NCBI GenBank assembly: GCA_949915775.1
Contig: CATLEG010000001.1
Span: 13,292-77,291, forward strand
Source: an uncultured Candidatus Melainabacteria bacterium
GTDB taxonomy: Bacteria > Cyanobacteriota > Vampirovibrionia > Gastranaerophilales > Gastranaerophilaceae
Length of the DNA stretch: 64,000 bases
Direction of reading: 5' to 3'
Positions 21,271-30,880 of the stretch are shown here, piece after piece. Numbering within the stretch: position 1 is the first letter of the stretch; every line of letters begins with the position of its first letter. The position numbers and the translations under genes were made by a program. Under the pieces are notes generated by a model that saw only the letters and a list, made by a program, of their open reading frames with translations, ran no database searches and was not told the DNA's origin.

Positions 21271-21304
21271 AAGTTATAGTAGCAATTTATTGCACAAATT
21301 TAAT

Positions 21305-22069
21305 CTATAATAATTCCTCTAACATTTGCAAAGATTTATGTATGTCTGTTAAATCGGGATTACTCATATACATTATTGCCATAACTTGGCAGACCGACTG
21401 CACATTGCAACGAGCTGGCAGAACTTCATACAATACACTTTTCAACCTCGAAATGTCTTCACCCTTAATAAGACCGTCATCTTCATCAAGAATACCTTCG
21501 GGAGTATGACCGCAGGACAGATACAGAACAACTTTCTGTTCAATAATACTCATTTTGGATAGACTGATTTTCCGTTGTTCACTCAACCATTTTTGCAGTA
21601 TGTGCAAATTCATAACGACGTTTCTCGGCTGTAGCTGAACTGTAGTAGAGATAAGTTCGGGACATAATCCGAAAATAGTAAGGTTCGTAACTTTGCAGTT
21701 AAACGGGGCGAATAAATCAAGATGAGAGCAAATTTTTGCCTCATAACGTCTGAATTTTGGGTTAGTTCGAAACATCTTTTCGGTTTGTTTGTAGACTTTT
21801 GCATACTCTTTCGGATTATCACAGCAACTAATCAGTGTGTCAAACTGTTCTTGCAGTTCTTTTGGAGCTTTCAGAACGGTTTCGACGAGATAACCTACTA
21901 GGTAAATCTCATTTGCGTTGTGTTCTCTTGCCCTATCAAGTAGGATTTGTTCGTTGACTTCTTCATCTTCGCCCATAGTAACAGCTTTTTTCAACATAAG
22001 CAGTTTTTGGTATTGTGGCAAGACATGTTCATAGCTGATTTTTGCAGGTAAATTTTTCACCATTTTCAT
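21305..22069 (-). CDS. Hypothetical protein, possibly with degenerate C-terminal LuxR-like HTH
   Basis: AAGGA RBS before ATG22069; MSIIEQKVVLYLSCGHTPEGI resembles LuxR helix 1-2. Confidence 0.65.
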   Translation of the reverse strand: MKMVKNLPAKISYEHVLPQYQKLLMLKKAVTMGEDEEVNEQILLDRAREHNANEIYLVGYLVETVLKAPKELQEQFDTLISCCDNPKEYAKVYKQTEKMFRTNPKFRRYEAKICSHLDLFAPFNCKVTNLTIFGLCPELISTTVQLQPRNVVMNLHILQKWLSEQRKISLSKMSIIEQKVVLYLSCGHTPEGILDEDDGLIKGEDISRLKSVLYEVLPARCNVQSVCQVMAIMYMSNPDLTDIHKSLQMLEELL

Positions 22070-22174
22070 GTTCCTTTCATAGTGTTTCATCTAATTAGTT
22101 CGATAAGAACATGATTTATTCTATAAGAATAATTTTGTGTGTAAATTACCCATGTGGCTAAAAAAACAAAAAAA

Positions 22175-22507
22175 TTAATCTTTGTTAGCAAACATGCGGG
22201 CAATATTGTTTAAATAGTAAAGTTTTTCACTATCCAACTCGGGCAGAATATAATTAATTTCACGTATAATTTCTTCTTGTTGAGAATCTATCGTTGTCAT
22301 ATTAAAGTCGAATAAATCTCTTGGTAAAACACTAAAGACCTCACAAAGTCTTGAAAATGTCTTGTAAGAAACAAAAGTTTTTCCTGTTTCTAAAGAACTC
22401 AATGTAGATGTTTCAATCTCCAAAGCTTCTGCTAATGTTTCTTGTGACATTTTGTGTTTTTTGCGTAATTCTCTAATTTTGTTTCCAAAACTTTCCTTAA
22501 TATCCAT
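22175..22507 (-). CDS. XRE-family HTH regulator
   Basis: FGNKIRELRKKHKMSQETLAEALEIETSTLSSLETGK. Confidence 0.9.
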   Translation of the reverse strand: MDIKESFGNKIRELRKKHKMSQETLAEALEIETSTLSSLETGKTFVSYKTFSRLCEVFSVLPRDLFDFNMTTIDSQQEEIIREINYILPELDSEKLYYLNNIARMFANKD

Positions 22508-22663
22508 AATATTAGATTAGAATGTGTTTTAATAAAAAACAACACAAAATAACTGAAACTTTTCTATTCAAATCCAATAGAAATTTAGTAAAGTATCTAT
22601 TATTGTAGAATATACTCCTATTTTAAGGTAGTGCAAAATTGGAGTATATATTACGATACAAAA

Positions 22664-22996
22664 ATGGCAGATATTAAAAAAGTTTTTGGACAACATTTAA
22701 GAAAATACCGCTTAAGAAAAGGATATTCTCAAGAAAAATTAGCTGAACTAATTGGTTTGGGCTCAAAATCAATAAGTCCTATAGAATGTGGTCATAGATT
22801 TTTAGCAATAGATAAATTAGAGAAACTTTGCGAGATTTTGGAAGTTGAACCATTTCAGCTTTTTCTCACAAACGAACAATCAAGAGAGATTGCAGATGAT
22901 TTGCAGAGAGAAAGAGTGCTTTCAAGATTAAATACATGTAACCGTCAAGAACTCAAGCTTTTGTGCGATATTCTCACTCAATTTCTAGGCAGGTAA
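22664..22996 (+). CDS. XRE-family HTH regulator
   Basis: FGQHLRKYRLRKGYSQEKLAELIG; ATG22664 is 6 nt after TACGAT. Confidence 0.88.
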   Translation: MADIKKVFGQHLRKYRLRKGYSQEKLAELIGLGSKSISPIECGHRFLAIDKLEKLCEILEVEPFQLFLTNEQSREIADDLQRERVLSRLNTCNRQELKLLCDILTQFLGR

Positions 22997-22998
22997 CA

Positions 22999-23337
22999 AT
23001 GGAAAGCAATCTAAAAGAACTATTTGGAACAAGAATTGCGGAGTTGCGAAAGAAACATCACCTATCACAACAACAGCTTGCCGATATGGTGGGGTTCAAA
23101 CTTATAGGCATATCTCAAATCGAGAGAGGAGTAAAATTCGCAAGCGAGAGGACAATTCAAAAACTTTGCACCGCATTAGAGTGCGAGCCAAAAGATTTGT
23201 TCAACTTTGAGGTCAAAAGAATACTAACAAAACAAGAAAAAACAGCGATTGCAGACATAAAAAGCATGTTAGAAAATCACCCCGAACACATAATTAACAC
23301 TTTTGCTTTTGTTGCAGAAAAAATACAAAATGAATAG
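22999..23337 (+). CDS. XRE-family HTH regulator
   Basis: FGTRIAELRKKHHLSQQQLADMVG; 2 nt after the previous stop. Confidence 0.88.
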   Translation: MESNLKELFGTRIAELRKKHHLSQQQLADMVGFKLIGISQIERGVKFASERTIQKLCTALECEPKDLFNFEVKRILTKQEKTAIADIKSMLENHPEHIINTFAFVAEKIQNE

Positions 23338-23452
23338 TTAATCTGGCTGGAGCATCGACACTTATCCAACCCTCTTTGATTTATCAAATTGCGTTTTTTA
23401 GAAAAAATTTTTTACCCTTGTATTTTTGTAGCCGATATGCTACAATATAATT

Positions 23453-23767
23453 ATGAAAGAAATTATTTATTACCAAACAATAGATAATAAAATTCCTTAC
23501 CTTGATTGGTACAAATCTCTTGATAAAAGTCTAAAACTTGTTGTCGACAAGCGTATTTCTAAAATTGAAAGAGGTTTGTTAGGAAATATTAAACGATTAT
23601 CTGAAGATTTATACGAAATAAAATTTGATAATGGCTTAAGAATATACTACACAGAAAAAGGTGATACAATTATTCTTTTACTTACTGGCGGTAATAAATT
23701 AAAACAGTCAAAAGATATAGAATTAGCACAAAAATATATTAATGAATACAATGAAAGGATTAGATAA
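23453..23767 (+). CDS. Type II TA toxin, RelE/HigB-like (addiction-module killer type)
   Basis: RISKIERGLLGNIKRLSEDLYEIKFDNGLRIYY...ILLLTGGNKLKQSKDIELA; promoter TTGTAT-17-TACAAT, then 6 nt to ATG. Confidence 0.88.
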   Translation: MKEIIYYQTIDNKIPYLDWYKSLDKSLKLVVDKRISKIERGLLGNIKRLSEDLYEIKFDNGLRIYYTEKGDTIILLLTGGNKLKQSKDIELAQKYINEYNERIR

Positions 23768-24105
23768 TGAACGAAAAAGAAAAAACATTATTAGAAAACC
23801 TTCCAAAACACCAAGATTATTTGAAACAACAACTAAAAGATGACCCTGAATATGCTCAAATGTGGCTTGAAAGTCTTTTAGAAGATTATTCTGAAAATAA
23901 AGATGTAAATGATTTGATCTACAATTTGAAACCTCTAATTGAAGCAAATTATTCAATATGTGATTTTGCAAAATTAATTGGAATTCACAGAATAACTTTA
24001 TATAAAATTTTCTCAAGAAAAATGGTGCCAAGTATTGAAATTTTACATAAAATTTTTACAGGGTTAGGATATGATTTAAAAATCTCTGTACAAAAAAATC
24101 TATAA
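23767..24105 (+). CDS. Cognate HTH antitoxin (HigA-like)
   Basis: 1-nt overlap with toxin; HQDYLKQQLKDDPEYA; HTH ICDFAKLIGIHRITLYKIFSRKMVPS. Confidence 0.85.
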   Translation: MNEKEKTLLENLPKHQDYLKQQLKDDPEYAQMWLESLLEDYSENKDVNDLIYNLKPLIEANYSICDFAKLIGIHRITLYKIFSRKMVPSIEILHKIFTGLGYDLKISVQKNL

Positions 24106-24219
24106 TTTCCCTCTGCAATATCAAATATTAACAAATGTAACAATATATACTTTTTATATATTAGAAAGTCAAATTTTTAACTGATTTGTTTTTTATTAAT
24201 ATAGAGGTATAATGCTTTT

Positions 24220-24372
24220 ATGGACAAGAGAGATTTTACAGTAATCAATAATGAAGTAAAAATTGAAGAAAAACAAAAAAATGTTTCTCGGCAAACTAAT
24301 CCGATTGCGAAAAAATTTGTTAAATTCCATGATGAAAAAAAATTTAGTGTTAGAGATATTTTTAGTAAATAA
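24220..24372 (+). CDS. Small hypothetical protein (50 aa; missing from the ORF track)
   Basis: TATAAT (24208-24213), 6 nt, ATG; MDKRDFTVINNEVKIEEKQKNVSRQTNPIAKKFVKFHDEKKFSVRDIFSK. Confidence 0.55.
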   Translation: MDKRDFTVINNEVKIEEKQKNVSRQTNPIAKKFVKFHDEKKFSVRDIFSK

Positions 24373-24391
24373 TTTGTGTTAAAATAAAAGA

Positions 24392-25150
24392 ATGACAAAG
24401 ATTTTGGATTGTACTTTACGTGATGGCTTGCATGTCAGAGATTTTAATGATGAATGTATTTTAGCTGTGCTTAATGCGGCTGAAAATGCAGGACTTCAAT
24501 ACTTTGAAGCCGGTTATAAAATGCCGGAAAGTATTCAATCCGCGAAAATAAAAACAGTGATTATGGTAGATACCAAAAATATTCAACCGGTTAGCAAAAA
24601 AGCTGATTGTGTCAGAGTTGCGTGTTATCCGCATGAAATTGAGAAAGCTCTTGAAGCTGTTGAAAACTTTCATAATCAAGGGTTTGAAGTTTTTTTACAT
24701 TTGATGACTGCGGATAAATTTGATAAGTATGATATTCTAAAAAATTGGAAAAATAAAAATATTTTAACTTCAATTTATTTTGCAGACAGTTTTGGTTCAT
24801 TTATGCCCGAAGATGTTGAAAGAGTTTATAAAAAACTTGAAAATTGCGGTTTTGATAAAATAAGTTTTCATGCTCATGATAATTTGCATCTTGCATTTAC
24901 AAATACGATAAAAGCAATAGAACTTGGTGCTTATAGCGTTGATGCAACTGTTTTTGGCATAGGCAGAGGCGGCGGAAATTTGTCATTAGAAATTCTTTTG
25001 AAGTATTTTGGAAAAGATTACCATCCTTATTTAGATTTGATAAAAAAATATTTTCTTAATGATGAACAAAAATTTGAAGCGCGGGTTGGCGGTTTAGAAA
25101 ATGTTCATCCGCTAAAGGTCAAGCAATTGTATGATGGCATATATTTTTAA
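24392..25150 (+). CDS. DRE-TIM (HMGL-like/DmpG-like) aldolase-family protein
   Basis: ILDCTLRDG, YFADSFG, FHAHDNLHLAFTN, VDATVFGIGRGGGN. Confidence 0.8.
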   Translation: MTKILDCTLRDGLHVRDFNDECILAVLNAAENAGLQYFEAGYKMPESIQSAKIKTVIMVDTKNIQPVSKKADCVRVACYPHEIEKALEAVENFHNQGFEVFLHLMTADKFDKYDILKNWKNKNILTSIYFADSFGSFMPEDVERVYKKLENCGFDKISFHAHDNLHLAFTNTIKAIELGAYSVDATVFGIGRGGGNLSLEILLKYFGKDYHPYLDLIKKYFLNDEQKFEARVGGLENVHPLKVKQLYDGIYF

Positions 25151-25196
25151 AGCATCTATAATTCTATAATAAACTTAAATAAAAGAGGAATTTTGA

Positions 25197-27746
25197 ATGC
25201 TTTTAACTGACCATGTTCAAGCGATTATCAAGTCGGCAAAATCAATTGTGGTTGCAAGGAATTATCCGGAACTTTCACCGGAGCATATAATGCTTGCTTT
25301 AATGCTTGATGGGAATGATTTGCCAAAAGTTATACTGGAACGTGTCGGGGCTGATAGTCCGGAAATTGTTGACAGATTGAACAATTATGTGTCTAAGAGG
25401 GCTTATTATGCGAGAGGTAAATTTTCTGATGTTAGACTTTCTGTTGAAACTATTAAATTAATAAACACAGCAAAAGAAGAAGCTGAAAAATTTGGTGATG
25501 AGCAAATTAGTATAGAACATTTGTTTTTAGCACTTTTTAGAAATGATAATAAAGTTCTAAATTATTTGTGGGAGCAAAGCGGTTTAAATAGAATTAAACT
25601 TTATGAAAATATGACAGAAGTAGTTAAAAGTATCATAGAAGTTGATAATGAAGGGAATGAAGAGAAAAAAGATAATGCATTATCAAAATTCACTACTGAT
25701 TTAACCGAAAAAGCAAAGAAAAATAAACTTGATCCTGTTATTGGTCGTGATGATGAAATCAGAAGAACAATACAAATATTAAACAGACGTTCAAAAAACA
25801 ATCCGGTAATTATCGGGGAGCCGGGTGTTGGAAAAACTGCTATAATAGAAGGTTTGGCGCAAAGAATTGTTTGCGGAGATGTGCCAGAAAGTTTAAAAAA
25901 TGATAAAATTCTTGCACTTGATTTGGGTGCATTACTTGCGGGTGCTTCTTATCGCGGAGAGTTTGAAGAACGATTAAAATCTGTTTTGAAATCTATAGAA
26001 GAAAAATCAGATGATTTAATGTTATTTATAGATGAAATTCATACAATTATGGGGGCGGGTTCATCTGAGGGTTCTGCTGATGCCGGAAATCTTTTAAAAC
26101 CAATGCTTGCTAGAGGAAATATAAGAGTAATCGGTGCAACTACAATTGATGAATATAGAAAATATATAGAAAAAGATAAAGCTATGGAACGTCGTTTTCA
26201 ACCAGTATTGGCTGAAGAACCTTCTGTTGAAACCACAATAAGTATATTGCGTGGTTTGAAAGACAAGTACGAAGGTTATCATAATGCGATTGTTGCGGCG
26301 GTAAAACTTTCTGACAGATATATTTCAGACAGATGCTTGCCAGATAAAGCTATTGATTTATTGGATGAAGCAGCATCTGCTTTAAGAATTGAAATTGATA
26401 CAATGCCTGAAGAAATTGATATTTTTATTCGCGAAAAAATTCAACTTGAAATGAATAAAAAATCTCTTGAAAAGGAAAATTCTCAAGAAGCATTAAAAAA
26501 ATTGGAAAAAATTACAAAGAAAATTGCAGATATTGATGCTAAAATTGAAAAATTGAAAAAACAATGGCAGCAAGAAAAAAAACTTATTGATTCATCAGCA
26601 TCTTTGAAACGTAATATTGAAAAATTGAAATCTCAGATTGAACTTAACAAAAAAAATCCAGCGATGACTGCTTCGTTAGAAGTAAAATATTCTCAAATGC
26701 TTGAAGCAGAACAAAAATTACAAGAACTGCAAAATCAATCCGGTAAAAAACGTTTGCTAAAAGAAGAAGTTGATGAAGATGATATTGCATCAATTGTCGC
26801 AAAATGGACAGGAATTCCTGTAAATCGTCTTATGGAAGATGAAGCTGCAAAACTTATTAATATGGAAAAAGTTATGCATGAACGTGTTATCGGTCAAGAC
26901 GAAGCTGTTGAAAAAATTGCAAATGCAATAAGACTTTCTCGTTCCGGACTTAGAGATATTAAACGTCCAATTGGAACCTTCTTATTCTTGGGGCCGACAG
27001 GTGTTGGAAAAACTGAACTTGGAAAAACACTTGCACATATTCTATTTAATGATGAGGATGCACTTATCCGTATTGATATGTCAGAATTTATGGAAAAATC
27101 TTCAATATCAAGATTAGTTGGAACAACAGCCGGTTATATAGGGTATGAAGAAGGCGGACAGCTTACGGAAGCTGTTAGACGTAAGCCGTATTCCGTAATA
27201 CTTTTTGATGAAGTTGAAAAAGCACATTCTGATGTATTTAATCTTATGCTGCAAATGTTTGATGATGGACGTTTGACAGATGGACAAGGCAGATTAATTG
27301 ATTTTAAAAATACAGTTATAATTATGACAAGTAATCTAGGAAGTGATATTATTCTCAATGAAAATATTACGGTAGAAGAAAGGCAAAATTGTTTAAATAA
27401 GACTTTAAGAGAAAAATTTAAGCCGGAATTTTTGAATAGAATTGATGAAATAATCACATTTAAAGCTCTAACACTTGATGAATTAAAACGTATTGTTGAT
27501 ATTCAAACAATGTCGTTAATGAAAAGACTTGCAGAACAAGGTATTGAACTTGAAATTTGTGAAACTGCAAAAAATTATCTTGCAAACGAAGGTTATGAAC
27601 CATTGTATGGTGCAAGACCATTAAGAAGAGTAATAAGGCAGGAAGTTGAAATTCCTATGTCTATGAAGATTTTGGAAGGTAAATTTAAAAAAGGCGATAA
27701 AATAAAACTTAATTATAATAATGAAAAATTAGAATTTTTACATTAA
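25197..27746 (+). CDS. clpB: ClpB-type disaggregase (divergent)
   Basis: Clp-N repeats, GEPGVGKT, LFIDEIH, coiled-coil middle domain, GPTGVGKT, LFDEVEKA, YGARPL. Confidence 0.88.
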   Translation: MLLTDHVQAIIKSAKSIVVARNYPELSPEHIMLALMLDGNDLPKVILERVGADSPEIVDRLNNYVSKRAYYARGKFSDVRLSVETIKLINTAKEEAEKFGDEQISIEHLFLALFRNDNKVLNYLWEQSGLNRIKLYENMTEVVKSIIEVDNEGNEEKKDNALSKFTTDLTEKAKKNKLDPVIGRDDEIRRTIQILNRRSKNNPVIIGEPGVGKTAIIEGLAQRIVCGDVPESLKNDKILALDLGALLAGASYRGEFEERLKSVLKSIEEKSDDLMLFIDEIHTIMGAGSSEGSADAGNLLKPMLARGNIRVIGATTIDEYRKYIEKDKAMERRFQPVLAEEPSVETTISILRGLKDKYEGYHNAIVAAVKLSDRYISDRCLPDKAIDLLDEAASALRIEIDTMPEEIDIFIREKIQLEMNKKSLEKENSQEALKKLEKITKKIADIDAKIEKLKKQWQQEKKLIDSSASLKRNIEKLKSQIELNKKNPAMTASLEVKYSQMLEAEQKLQELQNQSGKKRLLKEEVDEDDIASIVAKWTGIPVNRLMEDEAAKLINMEKVMHERVIGQDEAVEKIANAIRLSRSGLRDIKRPIGTFLFLGPTGVGKTELGKTLAHILFNDEDALIRIDMSEFMEKSSISRLVGTTAGYIGYEEGGQLTEAVRRKPYSVILFDEVEKAHSDVFNLMLQMFDDGRLTDGQGRLIDFKNTVIIMTSNLGSDIILNENITVEERQNCLNKTLREKFKPEFLNRIDEIITFKALTLDELKRIVDIQTMSLMKRLAEQGIELEICETAKNYLANEGYEPLYGARPLRRVIRQEVEIPMSMKILEGKFKKGDKIKLNYNNEKLEFLH

Positions 27747-27785
27747 ATTTGTGTTATAATTTTTTAAAAAAGATTCGAGGATTTT

Positions 27786-28715
27786 ATGCAAAATATATTA
27801 GTTACGGGCGGTGCCGGTTTTATCGGGTCGCATCTGTGCGAAAAGCTTATTAATGAGGGCAATCATGTAATTTGTCTGGATAATTTTTTTACTGGTTCAA
27901 GAAAAAATATTGAACATCTTTTAGATAACAAAGAATTTGAACTTATCCGGCATGATATTGTTGAGCCAATTATCCTTGAAGTTGATAAAATTTATAATCT
28001 TGCTTGTCCGGCAAGCCCTATTCATTACCAGTTTAATGCGATTAAAACCATAAAAACTAACGTAATCGGGGTTACGAATATGCTTGATCTGGCAGATGAA
28101 ACCAAAGCTAGAATTTTGCAGGCATCTACAAGTGAAGTTTATGGCGACCCGACTGTTCATCCGCAAAAAGAAGAATACTGGGGAAATGTAAATCCGATAG
28201 GATTAAGAAGCTGTTATGATGAAGGAAAACGCGTAGCAGAAGCTTTGATGATGGATTATCATCGACAGCACAATGTGGATATAAAAATTATCAGAATATT
28301 TAATACATATGGTCCTAGAATGGCAGAAAATGATGGTAGAGTTGTTTCTAATTTTATAATTCAAGCTCTAAAAAATGAAGATATAACAATATATGGGGAC
28401 GGCAGTCAAACTCGTTCATTCTGTTATGTTGATGATTTGGTACGCGGTATGATTTCTTTGATGAATACAGAAAATTTTATCGGTCCTGTAAATGTTGGAA
28501 ACGACGGCGAATACAGTATTTTAGAACTTGCGAAAATGATTATAGAACTTTGCGATTCATCATCAAAGATTATATTTAAACCTTTACCGTCTGATGACCC
28601 TTGTAAACGTCGTCCTGATTTGAGTTTGGCGAAAGAAAAATTGGACTATGCTCCGACAGTAGACATAAAAGACGGATTGTTGAAAACGATAGAATACTTT
28701 AGAACAAGTTTGTAA
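27786..28715 (+). CDS. UDP-glucuronate decarboxylase (UDP-xylose synthase) family SDR
   Basis: [49 protein letters not shown]. Confidence 0.92.
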   Translation: MQNILVTGGAGFIGSHLCEKLINEGNHVICLDNFFTGSRKNIEHLLDNKEFELIRHDIVEPIILEVDKIYNLACPASPIHYQFNAIKTIKTNVIGVTNMLDLADETKARILQASTSEVYGDPTVHPQKEEYWGNVNPIGLRSCYDEGKRVAEALMMDYHRQHNVDIKIIRIFNTYGPRMAENDGRVVSNFIIQALKNEDITIYGDGSQTRSFCYVDDLVRGMISLMNTENFIGPVNVGNDGEYSILELAKMIIELCDSSSKIIFKPLPSDDPCKRRPDLSLAKEKLDYAPTVDIKDGLLKTIEYFRTSL

Positions 28716-28875
28716 TACTACGGATGAATTCTTTTTGTTGTTCAAGTAAAATAACGTAATCACCTTCACCGCTTACTTCTGCATACCAAATTGCATCAGT
28801 GAGTACATGATTTACTGCTTCTATTTGTCCTATAGCGGCTTGAATTGCTTCCATTTTTTCTTCAAGTGTGAGCAT
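28699..28875 (-). CDS. Small acidic helical protein (58 aa; missing from the ORF track)
   Basis: AAGGT RBS; [58 protein letters not shown]; divergent from an HTH gene. Confidence 0.6.
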   Translation of the reverse strand: MLTLEEKMEAIQAAIGQIEAVNHVLTDAIWYAEVSGEGDYVILLEQQKEFIRSITNLF

Positions 28876-28909
28876 AAGTTAACCTTTCTTAATTATAAAA
28901 TCTATTTTA

Positions 28910-28943
28910 TACCAATATTGGTAATAATTTACCAATATAGTAA
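28910..28943. promoter_or_regulatory. Tandem palindromic operators
   Basis: TACCAATATTGGTA (perfect, 28910-28923) and TTACCAATATAGTAA (28929-28943). Confidence 0.65.
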
Positions 28944-28994
28944 CAAAATAGTTTTAAATTGTCAATATTTTACTTAAAAATGTATAATTAGTGT

Positions 28995-29204
28995 ATGAGT
29001 GTAAAAGAAGATATTAAAATTTTACTTGTTAAAGAATGCCTCACTATAAAAGATTTGGCTGAAAAAGCAAGTCAAGTTTCAGGTGAAAAATATAGTGTTG
29101 ATGGACTGTATAAAAAATTAAATAATAGCACCATGAAATATGACGAGGCTAAATTCCTAGCTCGCGTCCTTGGCTACGAAATTGAGTTTAAGAAAATAAA
29201 TTAA
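28995..29204 (+). CDS. Small HTH (XRE/Cro-like) protein
   Basis: LTIKDLAEKASQVSGEKYSVDGLYKKLNNSTMKYDEAKFLARVLGY; TATAAT, 6 nt, ATG. Confidence 0.8.
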   Translation: MSVKEDIKILLVKECLTIKDLAEKASQVSGEKYSVDGLYKKLNNSTMKYDEAKFLARVLGYEIEFKKIN

Positions 29205-29334
29205 TAATATTGCACTAATTGAGGTTTTGTATTAAAATTATTTTGCAGGGTAGCAGATGCCTCTTCAAAAGGAAAACTAACCGACACTTTTATATTGAAC
29301 CTCGGGTTGGTTCCCGACTAGAAAGGGGGCTGAT

Positions 29335-29415
29335 ATGGATAAATTCAATATTAGTCTATTGCTAATCTTTATGATTTTATTTGTATTAAAAAACGGCTCT
29401 CACTTAGAAAGATAA
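29335..29415 (+). CDS. Putative type I toxin peptide, locus 1 (26 aa)
   Basis: MDKFNISLLLIFMILFVLKNGSHLER; AAAGGGGG SD; promoter TTGCAC-17-TAAAAT; 90-nt structured leader. Confidence 0.65.
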   Translation: MDKFNISLLLIFMILFVLKNGSHLER

Positions 29416-29469
29416 GAACCGTTTGAACCTCTACAAGGCATCCGGCAGTCTGGAGAACTGCCACCCTGT
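29386..29469 (-). ncRNA. Putative antisense antitoxin RNA, locus 1
   Basis: Minus-strand TTGACA (29504-29499), 17 nt, AATAAT; terminator AAACGGTTCT/AGAGCCGTTT + U tract overlapping the toxin 3' end. Confidence 0.55.
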
Positions 29470-29560
29470 ATTTATATTATTTACTATTTTTGTAATTTTG
29501 TCAAGGGTATTTGAATATTTTTTGGCTTGCGATAAACTGTATTTATGGTATTATTACTTT

Positions 29561-30880
29561 ATGACTAAACCCATTGTAGCAATTGTAGGACGTCCAAATG
29601 TAGGAAAATCAACCTTTGTAAACCGTTTGATAGGTACAAGAAACTCTATCGTTGATGATTTGCCGGGGGTTACACGTGATAGAATTTATTTTGACGTTGA
29701 ATGGCAAAATAAAGTTTTTACAGTAATCGATACTGGCGGAATTATACCGGGTGACGAAGATGAAATTATGCTTTCTATTTTTGATCAAGCAAAAATTGCT
29801 TGTGATGAAGCTGAAAAAATTATCTTTATAGTTGACGGAAAAGAAGGTATTAATCCTGTAGATTATGATATTGCAAATATTTTACGTCAGTCAGGCAAAC
29901 AGGTTTTTCTTGCTGTAAATAAATTAGATAATCCCGAAAGTTTATTAATGATTAATGATTTTTATTCACTTGCAATTGGTGAACCTGTAGGAATTTCTGC
30001 ATTACATGGCTCTGGAGGTGTCGGCGATTTGTTAGACCTTGTGACCGAAGATTTTGAACAAGATATTGAACAAGTTGAAGATAATACAATTAAAATTGCA
30101 ATTGTCGGACGACCAAATGCGGGAAAATCTTCTATTGTAAATGCTTTGTTAAACGAAAATCGTGTAATTGTATCTGATATTTCAGGAACTACACGCGACA
30201 GTATTGACAGTTCAATAACTTATAAAGACAGAGAATTTATAATTATCGACACTGCCGGCATTAGAAAAAAAGCAAAAGTTGACTGGGGTGTTGAAAAATT
30301 TGCTGTAGACAGAGCAATACGTTCTATTAAAGATTGCGATGTTGCTCTTCTTGTAATTGATGCAAAAGAAGGAATTTCTGATCAGGATAAAAAAATTGCA
30401 TCTATTATTACTGAAGCAGGAAAAGGTATTATTATTGCAATCAACAAATGGGACTTGATTGAAGATAAACAATCTAATACCATAAATCAGTATAACAAAA
30501 AACTTGCTAATGATATTCCTTTTTTAGAATATGCTCCGAAAATATATATTTCAGCAGTTACCAAACAAAGATTAAACCAAATTTTTGTTGAGGCTGAAAA
30601 TGTTTATTCAGAATGTACCAAACGCATTTCAACAGGTTTATTGAATAAAGTTGTCAAAGAAGCATACATGCTTAATCCGCCGGCTTCTTCCAAAGGTAAG
30701 CGTTTAAAGATAATGTACGTAACTCAAACAGGAATTCAACCTCCGCATATTATTATTTTTGCAAATAACGCAGACTTAATGAAAGATCATTATAAGCGTT
30801 ATCTTGAAAATAAATTGCGTGAAGCATTCGGCTTTTTCGGTACTCCTGTAAAGCTTTCTGTTCGTGAGCGTTCTGATTAA
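29561..30880 (+). CDS. der: Ribosome biogenesis GTPase Der (EngA)
   Basis: Two G domains (GRPNVGKS, GRPNAGKS), DTGG, DTAG, KH-like C-terminus; start ATG29561. Confidence 0.97.
   Translation: MTKPIVAIVGRPNVGKSTFVNRLIGTRNSIVDDLPGVTRDRIYFDVEWQNKVFTVIDTGGIIPGDEDEIMLSIFDQAKIACDEAEKIIFIVDGKEGINPVDYDIANILRQSGKQVFLAVNKLDNPESLLMINDFYSLAIGEPVGISALHGSGGVGDLLDLVTEDFEQDIEQVEDNTIKIAIVGRPNAGKSSIVNALLNENRVIVSDISGTTRDSIDSSITYKDREFIIIDTAGIRKKAKVDWGVEKFAVDRAIRSIKDCDVALLVIDAKEGISDQDKKIASIITEAGKGIIIAINKWDLIEDKQSNTINQYNKKLANDIPFLEYAPKIYISAVTKQRLNQIFVEAENVYSECTKRISTGLLNKVVKEAYMLNPPASSKGKRLKIMYVTQTGIQPPHIIIFANNADLMKDHYKRYLENKLREAFGFFGTPVKLSVRERSD

Noticed and set aside
29245-29469. tmRNA, 6S or RNase P RNA
   Set aside because: No tRNA-like T-arm/CCA end, no tag ORF ending in Ala, no RNase P conserved motifs. 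An SD-led hydrophobic ORF with a convergent promoter fits better.
29423-29560. Long TTG-initiated N-terminus of Der
   Set aside because: It overlaps the TA locus and promoter; homology begins at MTKPIVAIVG (ATG29561).
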